A DNA stretch of 63,299 nt, filler included, from Craspedostauros australis (taxonomy: Eukaryota): assembly GCA_030167865.1 (NCBI GenBank). It is 14 parts of 14 records of this genome, joined end to end, with 100 filler letters (N's around TTAATTAATTAA, not from the genome) between each part and the next. Parts side by side here need not be neighbours in the genome. Positions count along the whole stretch, not along the records: positions 1 to 21,430 come from JALAGF010003103.1; 13 more parts are not named here. One strand, given 5' to 3'. Below are positions 1-12,566 of this stretch, piece by piece. Under the pieces are notes generated by a model that was not told the origin of the DNA, did not search any database, and saw nothing but the letters and a program-made list of their open reading frames with translations. A program made the position numbers and the translations under genes. Positions within the stretch are counted from its first letter, which is position 1. Every line of letters begins with the position of its first letter.

Positions 1-1073
1 AGAGACAAAAACAGTGTTCCTTGTGTTCTGCAAAATCGTGCAATGCAAGTGGTTCATGTGAGAAGCAGCAAGGAGGCGTAATCTGCTCCTCGACATGGCG
101 ACGTTGATACGCACAGCGAACACGGACACAGTGTAAAGTGCACAAAAGGAGCAACAGCGAAGAGCGAGAGGACACCGACCAAATTCTGCGGAAAAGCACC
201 AATTATCCNAAAAAGAACGAAAATTATATATTATTCCGTCGAGGATAAGAACTAGGCGGAAACAAGTGATTTATGACTTAAGCGCTATGGAATAGAGCAA
301 ATTATTGCATTTTGAACTGCCCCCCTGGTCTCTCGCGCTCTCTCTCTCTCTCTCTCGCTATTACTCTGCGATTGCGTACTACCCAATCAACGTCCCAGTG
401 CACTTCTGTTGATGGAATCGGATGTCTGTGGCCAGGTGTTGCTGCCCCTTCTGATGTGAGGAGGAACTCGAGAATCAGAACTCATCACACAATGCAAAAG
501 CAGCAGGGAGGAATGGAAACATGGACTGTCCAATGTGCGGCACGCGCATGCTCGTCTCCCTCTTTCTATTCGTGTCCGTGCATCGCAAGCACACCGTTCC
601 CACCACTCCTGCTATGCTTACGGGTTTGGCATGATACCTCTCCTGTGACTCAATCTGTGCAACAGCAATCGAACATGGTGACAATTGCATTCTCGACATG
701 GCATCAGGCATACATCCGATCACCATCAACTAAAGTTCTTGTTTTGTCTCTTCTCAAGCTCCGTTTGCGCTGCAATTGCGGTCGTGGAATGCTGTCAAGA
801 TGGTGGGGCTTTCGAATGCGGTGATCTTTCAACTCAACTCATGCGTCCATCCATCTGTCGACTGGGTTTCAGTGCACCGCCAGGTGATTGTCTGCAATTC
901 GCTCGTGACAGATAGAGGTTCGACCATGGGATACGCGTGTTGCAACTGGGCCAATGCGCAGCGAAGCTCTGGAGGGCATTATAAGAGCAGAGTGCTCTTC
1001 TCCACTCCGCTCTCTTCCACCCCACCATGGCTCACACCGTCCCCACACTTCGGACCAACAAAACCACGCATCT

Positions 1074-1499
1074 TCAACCTGCCTTCTTTTGGTGCCGTCG
1101 CATGCTGTTGCATTTCTTGGAGCAGCACGTCACTTCATCCCAACAACGCTCCCACTTCTTGCGCCACGTGAAGGGTCGTTCGCACACGACGCAAACCTTC
1201 GTGAGCATTTTGGATTTGTTGGGAGACCCCTTGCTGTTTCCGCCTCCGCGTCCCTTCCTGCCATGCAGCTGAGTGAACGTGGCGCGGTAGTTGCGTTGCT
1301 GTGCCTGCGTGTCGCACGGCGAGCAGAATCGCTTTGGGGTTGGTGACACGAAGGCCAATACCGATGGATGATTCTTCGTTGCCGCATGGCGCAGACGCAT
1401 CGTCGATGCTGCAAAGTGCACAGAGCTTGTGGATGATGCCACGAACAACGTTGGCAACGATGCGACTCTCGTCAAAGATACCCAACGTCTCGTCGGCAT
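1074..1499 (-). CDS. DUF2256-domain protein (start uncertain; ORF open to 1661)
   Basis: C-terminal motif KVCVVCERPFTWRKKWERCWDEVTCCSKKC matches the DUF2256 zinc-ribbon signature; ATG at 1499 gives a possible targeting presequence. Confidence 0.8.
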   Translation of the reverse strand: MPTRRWVSLTRVASLPTLFVASSTSSVHFAASTMRLRHAATKNHPSVLAFVSPTPKRFCSPCDTQAQQRNYRATFTQLHGRKGRGGGNSKGSPNKSKMLTKVCVVCERPFTWRKKWERCWDEVTCCSKKCNSMRRHQKKAG

Positions 1500-1633
1500 G
1501 TGCCTTATGCCGGCGTACGATTGATGTTGTATTTTTTTCTTCGAATGATGTTGTACTTGATACGATTGAGGTTGTTGTTGTGGATGTAAGACCAAATTAT
1601 GATTACTTGAGCTATCTCTCTCTCTTCTGCTGT

Positions 1634-1990
1634 CTGCACCTCTTGGTCGACTGTATTTCAAGATGATTCGGTTTGCACCTCTTGGTCAATCGTATTCATG
1701 CATTTCGAGATGATTCGGTTTGCACTTCTCCCAACCCGATCCATTCTCTATTAGGTTTCTCTATTAGGTTTCTCTATTAGGTTTCTCATTTTGGTTGGAG
1801 GTCAATGGTTGAAGAAGTGTCTTCTCATATGCAAATATTTCCATACGATTAAGTCTTGACTAATCAGACTTCCAGTTGGANTCTTGACTCATCTGACTTC
1901 AGTTTGAGTCTTGACTAATCCGACTTGAATTTTGATTCACGACTCGTCAGTCTTGATTGACTGTTAACACGACTCGTAGGTGTGACTGGC
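1634..1990. repeat. Cluster of short tandem repeats (~40-48-bp, 13-bp and ~30-bp units)
   Basis: GATGATTCGGTTTGCAC x2, TCTCTATTAGGTT x3, and TCTTGACT(A/C)ATCNGACTT x3 read directly. Confidence 0.8.
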
Positions 1991-2860
1991 GATGTGATTG
2001 CTTGGGTGACATTATTCATGGCTAGTATCTATTGTGCACAAGTCTAGTTCTTGCGTCACTAGTAGTCTATCTAGCCAGCCGTCTAGGGCAGCATGCCACA
2101 AGCACCCATGATTCAACTGCTGCGAGTGGCGTCGGAATGCGCAATCGACTCAAGTAGAGTGTGTCGACACTTGCGCTCAGAGTGGATTAATCGATGTTGA
2201 TGTTGTGTGTTTCCAATGTGGTCTCGATCGCTCATCGTCATGGTCGTTCCATCACATCGCAAAGCATCACGTCAACAACATCACGCAGCATTGCTCTCTT
2301 GTGACGTTTTGTTCTCTGGATTTTGTGAGCTGTTTCTGAATCGTGGCGAAGAATTGACTTTGATTCTTTCGATCAACATGTCCGTTACGACTCATTTGCA
2401 CATATTGGCGAACAGACACTGAGTTGTTCGTTTAATGGCGACGTCACATTGGACATATCTTGCATTTGAGCACTTCTGCGACCGTCCGCCTATCCGGTGC
2501 TACGTCATGTTGTTGTGACGTTTGTGGAGGATTGTGGGAACAACACCGCGTTGCCTACAAATGCCTACAGCTCATTCGGAGAAAGACAGCGGAGCGAGAC
2601 GTGCCTCTGCTATGCCCAGCGTGGGATGCAGCTCTGCTGATGCTTTTTCCTGGAAGGCAAATCATTGGAGGGGAGTGCTTCATCTTCTCGATTGTGCAAA
2701 TAACAGCGGAGGATTATACAATACTCTACGGTGCGCTATGACAAGGTGATGGGTGAATAGAAAGTCGTTTGTGCGCTGTGTGCTTGTGTATAATAGTATT
2801 GTAACTGTATGTCGAGTAGCAGGAGGGGCGCCGCTGTTCGGATGTCGTTCCTTCTGTCGC

Positions 2861-4699
2861 CTACAATGATGATGACGATGACGATGTCGAGGAAGAAGAA
2901 GAGGATGCTGACGAATTGACCATCCTTGGTTTCCACACGAAGCCGACCGAGCTCAGCCGTTCGATGCGCTCCGTCGTCATGTTGGATCGCTTGTTGTCCG
3001 TGTATAGCTTGTACTGACGCCTTTGGCACTTCACCCAAACGGACAAGGCAGGGTGGTCGGGATGCTGCGCGGGGACGTTGCAGTGCTTGTACTCCTCCCG
3101 AAAGCTCATCAGCTCGCGGAACCTTGCCTCCCACACGGCACGGTGCGAGTCCCAGACGAAGCCGAGCTGCTCAAGCAGCTGCTGTCGCTGGTCTGTGAGG
3201 ACGGACTTGCGGCCGTTCTGCTTTGCCTTGTACTGACAGCGCTGTCTCTTGACCCAGTGCGACAATGGCGGGTTCGGCTTGAAGTCAAGCGGGACCAGCG
3301 CGTGACCATTCTGCTGGACGAACTCCTTCATCTGACCGTACCGGAGCTGCCACTTGATCTCGTCCGATGGCTTGAGGCGGATCATTTGTTGTTTCATCGT
3401 CGTCGTCGTCGTCGTCGTGGTGGTTGTCGAGGCGCCGGTAGTCTTGGACGGAGTCTTCGCCTTTGGCTTGGACTTGGTTGGTGCCTGTGTTGACACTTGT
3501 CGCGCAGCTTGAGCGGGCGACGACAGTGGCTCCGGGAGCTGCGGTCGTTGGCTTGGTTGGGACGGGCTGCGGTTCCTGTGTGTGCTGGCGGTCCTGCGTT
3601 TTTGTCGTCGTGGCTGGGGCGCAAGATCTGAAGTTTTGCGCTTTTTGATTGTTGATCGTTTTGGTTGTTGTGTTTGTGTTTGTTCGATCACATTTGTGCT
3701 CACAAAATCATGGGTTCCTGTTTCGGAACAACCTTGAGTACGAACACTTGCGGTGGAAGAGTTTGAAGATCTCAGTTGCGTTAGCTCACACTGGGTAGTG
3801 TGAGCAGTAGTAGTAGCAGTGGCTGGTAGTAGTGCGGATGCATCGGTTTGGGTGGGGGCGAAATCAGTCGGTGATGATTGGTGCTGGTTGGGTTGGTAGG
3901 AGGTGCCGATGTGGGCAATGTTTGAGTCGTTGATACTGTTGATGTTTTTGAAAACTTCGGCGGACGCGCTCGCGTGACTTTGGTCGCCAGCGCGAGCAAC
4001 ATGGGAGTCGTCGATGAACAGGCCCAGTTGGAACGCGGAAAAGCGTTCGAAGGAAGGCGATCTGACGAGGAGCGATCCCGATGGGTTGGTATCGAAATGT
4101 GTTGGACGGGCATCGGCCTGGTTCGATGTGGAGGACGAATCCAGGGAAACGATGGAGGTGTTCGAGTAGCAGAAGCTGTTGCTCCTTGCCTTCTCGGTGA
4201 TGATGTTGGGGGTGGACGCCCGCGTGTCATCGTCGTCGTCCTGTTCGTCATCGAAGATATTGGAGAAGTCGCAGTCAACGACTTTTAAGGACATCTCGTA
4301 GAGGCAGTCTCCGTCGTCCGTGATGGAGTCGACGAGGCCGGAGAGATCGTCGTTGCTGTCGATGTTTCTGTGAGTTCCAACACGTGCATGGATACATGGA
4401 TGGTGAGATGATGACGAGAAGAGTTTGTGTTAGTGCCTTGTTGCGTTGGCAGGCTGATTGATGCGGGTTAATGTGCTTAGCATGATGCAACAAGCATTGC
4501 GCAGCACCATAGCAGCATCAGCATTATCATCGGCATCGGCATCCGCATCGCCTATCGGACAAGTATGATACCGCACTCACCTCATGGGCATGGGCGCTTG
4601 GCTTGTCTCGCAGAGCGCGCTCTGGATAGCAGACAGGGCGCGTGCGCCGCTGTGCGCATCGCAAGGTTGCATCTGCGAAAGGAGTGTGTGCTTGTTCAT
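2861..4699 (-). CDS. Helicase-associated (HA) domain protein; exons 4699-4581 and 4367-2861
   Basis: Two HA repeats (WQLRYGQMKEF..NGHALVP..LSHWVKRQR and WEARFRELMSF..HCNVP..LSVWVKCQR); GTGAGT donor at 4580 and CACAG acceptor at 4368 splice in frame. Confidence 0.85.
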
Positions 4700-4968
4700 G
4701 TTCGGCGTGGATACGATGGATGTGGATTGGAATGGTGGAAAAACAATCTTGGGAGCAAAAGTATCCGTCACAAGGCGGTGGTCGCAGTGTTGGTGGTTGA
4801 GTTGGTTTGTTTGATGGGCGGGGATGATCGAATGAACACCAGCGAGTTTGGGATGATGAACGTCGATGAAGTTGTGAGATTGTGATGGCCGCATAGTGTT
4901 AATGTGTTAATGTGTTGTGTGTGATGTTGTTGTTGTTGTGTGTGTGTGATGACGTTGCGGATGGTGAC

Positions 4969-5014
<46 letters not shown>

Positions 5015-5699
5015 TTGTTGATCGGAGGTTTGTAACGATGCACAGTGCGTAGTTTTGCTCGTTGTGTTGAGTTTCGAGAGGTGTGGTTAGCTTGTTTTGT
5101 GTGGCAAACCAAAAAGTGGGGACAATCGGAAAAGTGGAGAAGCGCAACACGGAAAGGCACAGTTGCTTGGTTTTGTGGTTGATTTTCCGGAGAGACGGAC
5201 CTTCGCTACGTTAGTTGAGTACGAGGAACCTCGTAGACCAGTCGCCCGCTCGAGACAGTTTGTGATCTTTGTTACAGGGAACAGTTCTTCATTTGTTCTT
5301 TGCATGACCACGCAATTCTTCCTGACTCAGAGCTTGCCAGCAACGAGGAATTAACACGCAAGCAATGAACACGTCGATAAAGCGCAGCGACCAAATCTAG
5401 ATAAAAGGTGGAAAGAAACCCATACGGAAGCTTCTTCCTGTTCCTCCGAACCCTTCTCCGTGCTCTTCCGAACGTTCTTCGCATTCTCTACGGTTTGGCA
5501 ACTACGACGACATATCTAGACCAAGTCAGTCATCTCTGGGTGGTTTCGGTAAACACATTCGTGCTGGTTGATTGGTTGGCTGGTTACTTCCGGACCAGAG
5601 GCCACCATCGCGTCGCACCTCAGCGAGAAGGGAGGGAGGCCTCTCGTCATAGCACCGGTTATAGCACAAGTGGCGTCATCGCTGACATTAGCTGATCAA

Positions 5700-6100
5700 T
5701 CAGACGGCGATAGCGCACTCGTGGAAGCAAACTATGGAACGAGATGAGCTGTTGAGTGGCATGGCTTCCTCTCCTCCGCCACTGCGTGCGAGCATTCCAC
5801 TGCATAGATTGGCCCAGCCCTTGTTTCCATAGCACAGCACGGCATAGCACCTGTCCATCATTCTGCCAGGAGTATGCTGTTTCCAGGGATGATACTGTCT
5901 GCGTATCGCGTCCGAAGTCGCAGGTGTGCCAGCCATCGGGCTCTGGTGGGCGATTGATCCTTTGTTTGAGCGCGCTTTGCCTGATGGAGGTTTGGCGTTG
6001 CCCCCTGTGCGATTGCGCAACCATCATCTGGCCAACGCGCAGAGATGGTGCAAAGCGTCGTCCTTGCGTGTGCTCCTGCGTTTGATTGATGTGGCTGTCA
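5700..6100 (-). mobile_element. Possible highly degenerate LINE C-terminal remnant
   Basis: GWANLCSGMLA resembles the GW-x-x-L-x-G-x-L motif of the LINEs at 9.5 and 50.8 kb; otherwise frameshifted. Confidence 0.25.
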
Positions 6101-7906
6101 GACGCAAAAGATAGATAGGGGGAGACGGATGGAGAGAGAGTTGTGGATGGTGAATCAGGACAGGTGAGCTGGGACTTGGGGCGTTTCCGAGCTTGCCTCA
6201 CGCATTTCATCTGAGCACATGGTCATGTAGAATATCGTTTGTGCATGGTTTGCGCACTCGTCTTCAACTTACCGTCACGTGCGGCAGATCCGGCAGAAGG
6301 GATCATTGATGGTGGGAGCACCTGTGCATCAGCGTGGCGATGTTGTGTCCTGTGGCTTCGCAGCTAACATTGCTCCACAGCACCCCGGGCTACGTCTTGT
6401 CATGGACTGCGCCACATGAATGGCACATCTCATGACACAGGCAGACCGCGGCGCTCCAGCCCATTTTGAAGGGCTCTGGACAGTTGTGCAGTGCACAGCT
6501 TGCCCCCTCACACATGCCGTCCCTCGTTGTGCCTAGTTCTGCGTGAACTCCCTCGCAGGGCCCGTGTATCGCACAGGCTCCGTCGTTCAGCGCACAACTG
6601 CTGAAAGATCACGATCAGGTTGTCGAGATCTTCGTCGCGCGCATCTATTGCGATGAGAATCGGCATTATCGGCATCATCACAGAATGGGTCGAGATCGTT
6701 GGTCATCATGGCTCATCCTTCATTGTCCTTGATTCATGGTCAGCAATTGTGATTGTGTTTGATTTCAATCGGGCGTGTGTTTGTGATGGACTTGGAACTG
6801 CTCCTCTCGATTGTGATGAGTTGTGATGAGTTGTGTGGTGTGATGTAGTATCGTCACATGATGGATGTGCAAGAGAGAGAGAGAGAGACGGTATCGCAAC
6901 AACTGTGCGGCACTTGTTCCATGCCAACATGTGAGTTTGCCACTTCGTTTCGTTTTGTTTTGTTGTTGCTGTTCTTGGTTTTGCCGCGCTGTCGCCACCA
7001 CAGCACCGTTTTTGCGGGATGGTTGCTGTGTGCGTCGTACGGAATTGCGTGTGGAACTGTGTTCTCTCTGTGTTCTTCACTGCTCTGCGGAATCCGTCGT
7101 TCGTTCTCTGCCTTCCTTTTGTTCCGCCGAAGCTTCTTCACGTTTTGGAAGCATTCTCTCTGTTCCGTCTGTTCCGCATGTTCCTTTCATGTTCCTTTCA
7201 TTCTTCCCTCGTTCTCCGCGTTCTTTCCTTGTTCCTTTCATTCGTCATCTTCGTTTTGTTCTCTGGACATTCTTTGTTCCTCGCAGAACAACGTCAACAA
7301 TTCCATGGCGATTCATCTGCGTCATCTCATTTTCTGATAGCTTGTCCGAAAATCGGGCATGTCTGTGCACACATCATTCTTCGTGTTGGAGATTCGGCTG
7401 TGTCTGTTCGTCAAGAACCTGTCTGTTGATTTGTATGTCTGTTTGATTGTTTGTATGTGCACAGCTGTGTATGTCTGTTTGATTTGGAGTGGAAACAAGC
7501 GAATGAGAAACACTATCTTTCTCGCTCTGTGGGGAGAGAGAGAGAGAGTACTAATATGAAAAGCACCTGATTATGGCAGAGCACACCCAACTCCTGTGTC
7601 ACCATGTCATGATCCCCTCTCACATATATCATACGTATTAGTTGCAAATGGAAAGAAAGAGAGAGAGAGAACTATGGACTAGTCTCTGCTCGTCTCCTCT
7701 CGCGTCAATCCTGGCGCATTCTACTGCAAGACACGGGAAAACCGACGAAACACGATCAGGCTGAGTCGTGAGTCGGTACGACTTCTCTGCCAATTGTCCT
7801 GTTCGGATTGCCTGTTTGACCAAACCGAATACTTGTCTGCATTAGTTATAACGTTAATTAACGTCTGTAAATTCAAATCAAGACAAATCCTGGTTCAAAA
7901 ACAAAA

Positions 7907-8122
7907 TAGGTGAAAGTACTCGAGAGTAGGTGAAAGTACTCCAGACTCGACGAAAGTAATTAGGACTAGGTGAAAGTACTCCAGACTCGACGAAAGTAAT
8001 TAGGATTAGGTGAAAGTACTCCAGACTCGACGAAAGTAATTAGGATTAGGTGAAAGTACTCCAGACTCGACGAAAGTACCCCAGAGTAGGTGAAGGTACT
8101 CAAAACTCGACGAAAGTACTCC
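7907..8122. repeat. Tandem array of mostly alternating 20-bp units (40-bp higher-order repeat)
   Basis: About 11 units of TAGGTGAAAGTACTCCAGAC / TCGACGAAAGTAATTAGGAT. Confidence 0.95.
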
Positions 8123-9282
8123 CGTTCGTTGAGGTTGCTGCGCCTTGGTTCCTCACGGTTCGTTGGAATTCTGTTCCGTGCATTAGGAGACGCGGTAGAT
8201 GAATATATTATAAAGTAATGGTGTCCACCTCGAGTCTGATTGGTTGTCACATTCTTGGACATGATGACGTCGGCTGAAATGTGCGCGTGCTCTGACTTCT
8301 CTTTGACCTCTTGCGCGTAAACCATTTCCAAAGTACCTTGATATGGTACAGCATATCCAATGTGATACCATGCACATAGAGCATCCAACTCATCCCACAC
8401 AGCCTTTCTATATTCGATAGTGAGTCGGATTCTGCACTATTTTCCNATGCCTACCCACTGTGGCAAAGGACACTAAATTACATAGGCGCATTGATTGACA
8501 CAACGCGCTGCTCATTGCACATTCCATGTTTTGTCAGGCTCGACTGAACGACAATGCGCCATGCTGCAACATACCAGAATCGTCAAAGGTGTATGTGAGG
8601 GTGTTTGCTTCCTGCTCGTGCCATCCCTGTCATTTCATTGTGCTTCATCATGGAGAGCCTGCTAGTTGTTGCTCCCTTGCTCTCCTCTCTGCTCTCCCTC
8701 CTGCCTCTCCACACATTCGTACTCACGGTTGCGCCAATGTCAGTGACAAAGTTCATGGCCTAGCGCTGGTCTGTATTCTGTTACAATTCATCCTACTTCA
8801 TAGTCTCCATCCAATTCATCTGAAATCCATGTGTGAATTGTTTTGACTGCTGTACCTCATTGTGCTGCTGCCTATTGTACCTATCATTTATTCATTACTC
8901 ATGGATGAAGCTGATTAGTGTGTGCCCAGCCTGTGCCATGGGCACTTTTTTGTTGCCTGCTTTGATTTCATGTAGGGCATGAGGCAGAACGGCTATCGAG
9001 TCAATATGTATGCATGATCAGGGGATCACAACAGCCTCCACCTATCCTGCTCTCCATTCTTCGCGGCTCTCCAGTAGTATGTAAGTTGTATGTGTTTGTG
9101 TACTCATGAAAGGAAATCCAGGGACAGCCTCATTCACAATGGCCAGCTACCGCCATCAGTGGAGTCAGGTTTAGACTTCAATGGGAACTTGATCATCTGG
9201 TATCTGTAGCACTCGGTGCACTTGTCCGATCCATATTGCAACCGTTCCCATGTCTGTAGCTCCTTTTGTCTGACAGCTGTAG

Positions 9283-10330
9283 TCAGGCCCACGCGGCTGT
9301 GCTTGCCCCTCGTAGTCGCGCCAAGTCTTCCAGGGCCAAGTCATAGTCCTGCACCACCTGCCTCATGTCAGCCTCCAGCCCCTCATCAGTGCAATGCATT
9401 GCTTGATTGCATTGGTGCCAATGGTCCCACACCACCTTCCAGAGCTTGTGTATGATCCGTGCCACTCACTTTTCTGTGAACAGTCTACAACCGATTTGCG
9501 CATAGTTCTGCTCCTGTAGTTCTGTCCATGACACCTTGACCATGCCCTCAACCAGCCAATCCCATCCTCCCTCTTGTTGATCATCCATCAGCTTTGCCTC
9601 AATCAGGTTCGCGCGTATGCGCCCAACAGGTCCCAGCCCTCTCAACACTTGCTTGACATTGCTCAACAGTATTTTTGCAATGGCAGGATGAGTCGACATC
9701 TTCTGTATCGTGATCTTCAGCCGTTTCCGCTGCAATTTCCATAGTGTCATCGATTCCAGCGAGCAGTAGACCCAGAGGTGGCCATGAGTTTCCGTCTCGC
9801 TGCGCCTGGGGCAGCTATCACTCGTCCTTGCCTTCCACTGAGCCATCTGTGTTCCCACAGCCGCCTCCTGCATTGTGAGCTTTATGGTGAGCACCCTCTG
9901 TGCGTCAGTGAGCTCGCCCGCCGCCCTTCGTTGCGTGCTTTTATCGGCGTCGCCACCGATCGCCTCCATGCCTCGCTAGCACCAGAACCTCGCCACGTCC
10001 ACCTCCACCACATCTCTGACGACACTGGCATACATGATACTCGACCTGCGAACGCCTTGTCTTGGAATGTACCACGTGCACATCCCTGTGTTCTGGTGGA
10101 AGCTCCACTCATCACCCTCTTTGAGCATTTGCCATTGCTGTCCTGCAAGCCGCTATTGTACCTAGCATGGTTCTGCATGGCACTCCTGGAATTCGATGCA
10201 ATCATCTTGTCCTTGCATGCTGCGACTTCAGCACTCCTGCAAGATAGACCATCAGTTGGATTGTGGTCATGGCTGTGTTTCCATATCGGATTCGAGGGTC
10301 CTCACCCACGACACACCATGGCCTACATTT
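9283..10330 (-). mobile_element. Degenerate non-LTR retrotransposon (LINE, Ambal-like) 3' part
   Basis: KLT..AVGTQMAQW..SDSCPR..ETHGHLW..C, QQEGGWDWLVEG..W and IIHKLWKVVWDHWHQCN..H align by eye with the LINE ORF at 50378-51369; frameshifts and stops. Confidence 0.7.
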
Positions 10331-11965
10331 GGTCAAGTGAATGAAGAACCACTTCTCATCTACGTTGTTAGACTTGAGAATTGGTAGTATTGTAGGAAGA
10401 ACACATCCTTCAGCAATTGATCAGATCAAGAAGGAGGCATCCACTGTAAACTCTGTTGGAACTTGAATGCTATTACAAACTTAAGAGTTGTGAGCTTACA
10501 CTCTGACCTGTGTTCATGTCCATGCTGTTGCTCCTGCATTCCTGTGTTCTGCATGCATTGGATAGGATCTTTGCATCTGTAGGTTCAACTGACTCAGGCA
10601 AGTAGCCGTCTCACAGTACTGTTGTTCTTTCGTCATACTTTGTCTATGGTACCATGCTTTCATGCATCCTCAATTTTGTTTCTCGTTGAGCTATTCGCTC
10701 GTAACACGCACCAATTTCATGGTTCGAGTTGGCTCAGGATATGATTCAAACACACAACTACGCTAGAACACGAGGGAGAGAGCTGTGCGAAATAAAGCAC
10801 AATGCAGATATACGTGGACAACATCATCCAAACTCTGAAACAACCCAACATCTTCGATGTGATTGATACAGAATTGTACACAATCTGCCTTGTGCTTCTC
10901 TGTGAGTCCGATTCTGCTTCCAATACAATGCGTTGTTGCAATTTGCATGTGAAATAGCATAGTTGGTGGCACACCAAAGGCAGCAGCAGCTGTACAAAGG
11001 AGTTGCAGCATCGTTGCCATTAAGGTGCCATTGGCTCTCTTTCAGGTCCTCTTGGCCCCACTTCTGGGATCTACCACAAGCACCAGCATGAGGCAGCAAC
11101 CTCCAAGACAATTGGAAGTAGGGGCCACTGCTTTTCTCACATCCATCATCATGATCTGGACTGTGGTGCGATGGACGTCTTATCGCGCTGCCAGAAGATT
11201 GAGTACCCTGTCCTTGCAACAACCATCAACTTGCGGCAGCAAGACCGTCACCATGATATGAATCCTTTCGTCTGCGCGGAAGTCTTTCCTCTTCTTGTGT
11301 ACCGTCGATTCCAATCTCTAGATGAGACTTGTAACAAGAAGTACGCAAAAGGGCTCTTGTCTGAAGCTGCACAGTGAGGAATTGGTAAGGTGAATCACGA
11401 AGACTGTTGATGACAACAAGTTGGAACAAAACAAGCAAGTTCCATCAGACAATNCACAGCATTCACTAATTTGATGCATACAAGAGCGGTGAATGAACGC
11501 AAGTAGAATGCGGCAAGCCCTGTAACATCGAGCACCTTGATAGTGGCGGTAGGTAGTCATGTAGTCTAATTCAGAACGGAGTATTATGCTGTATTGCAAT
11601 CATAATGTGCAGCAGGGCAGTCTCAAAATGACGACTCGTAGATCGCGACAAGCAAGCCTGTAGTCGACTAAAGAAGCCCGCATCTATCCGAACAGAAACG
11701 AGGCAAATTGAACGAAGGCCTGATACCGAGACGGAGGTATGTCATCGACCAAATTGGAGAAATGACGTCATATGGTGACGTATTCTTGCGACACCGTGCA
11801 GACAAAAACAAGTCCGATGATGACGTGTTTGTGAGCCGACAGCACTCAGGAAGAAGTAGTGGAAATATCACGTACAAGGTTTACCGCGGCTCCCACTTAG
11901 TCCCTGTACCGTTAATTGTGGTCTCAACACATGTCGCACAACCGGCGGAGACGAGCAGAGAAAAA

Positions 11966-12149
11966 AGGTGAAAGTACTCCAGACTCGACGAAAGTACTGA
12001 GGAGTAGGTGAAAGTACTCCAGACTCGACGAAAGTACTCGAGAGTAGGTGAAAGTACTCCAGACTCGACGAAAGTAATTAGGATTAGGTGAAAGTACTCA
12101 AGACTCGACGAAAGTACTCAGGATTAGGTGAAAGTACTGTTTCGACGAA
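11966..12149. repeat. Second array of the same 20+20-bp repeat, same orientation
   Basis: About 9 units plus a partial unit of TAGGTGAAAGTACTCCAGAC / TCGACGAAAGTA(C/A)TNNGNN. Confidence 0.95.
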
Positions 12150-12566
12150 TAACTGTAATAACGTTTGTTACCTAGTATTTAACGTCCTCAATGGTGTCAA
12201 CCGCATTTGACTAATCAGAATAATACATTGATGCATAAATGCCACGTCAGCATTGACATTCTCGGACGTTTCTTCGATCGTTTCGTCGAAATTCCCGTGT
12301 CTTGCTGCGAAGACACCTTGAGAAGCGCGATGCGTTGTTCGCGACAATACGTCATCAACCGACATTCTGTTTTCGCGCATGCGTGTCACAGCGAAGACCA
12401 AATTACGCGATGACGTTGTTTCACAGAAAATCACAATGATGATGTTTGTCGCTCCTCTCACATTCCAATCAACGCCACAACATCGCGCTTCACACTTTCA
12501 CATCACATTTCACATCACATTTCACATCACTCTTTCACACAAATACGAGCACATTGACAGTCGACC

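Noticed and set aside
6850..7450. Overlapping ORFs in a pyrimidine-rich tract
   Set aside because: Low complexity; the purine strand has multiple stops and no recognisable family
7907..8122. CRISPR array
   Set aside because: Contiguous 20-bp units with no unique spacers, no cas genes, eukaryotic context
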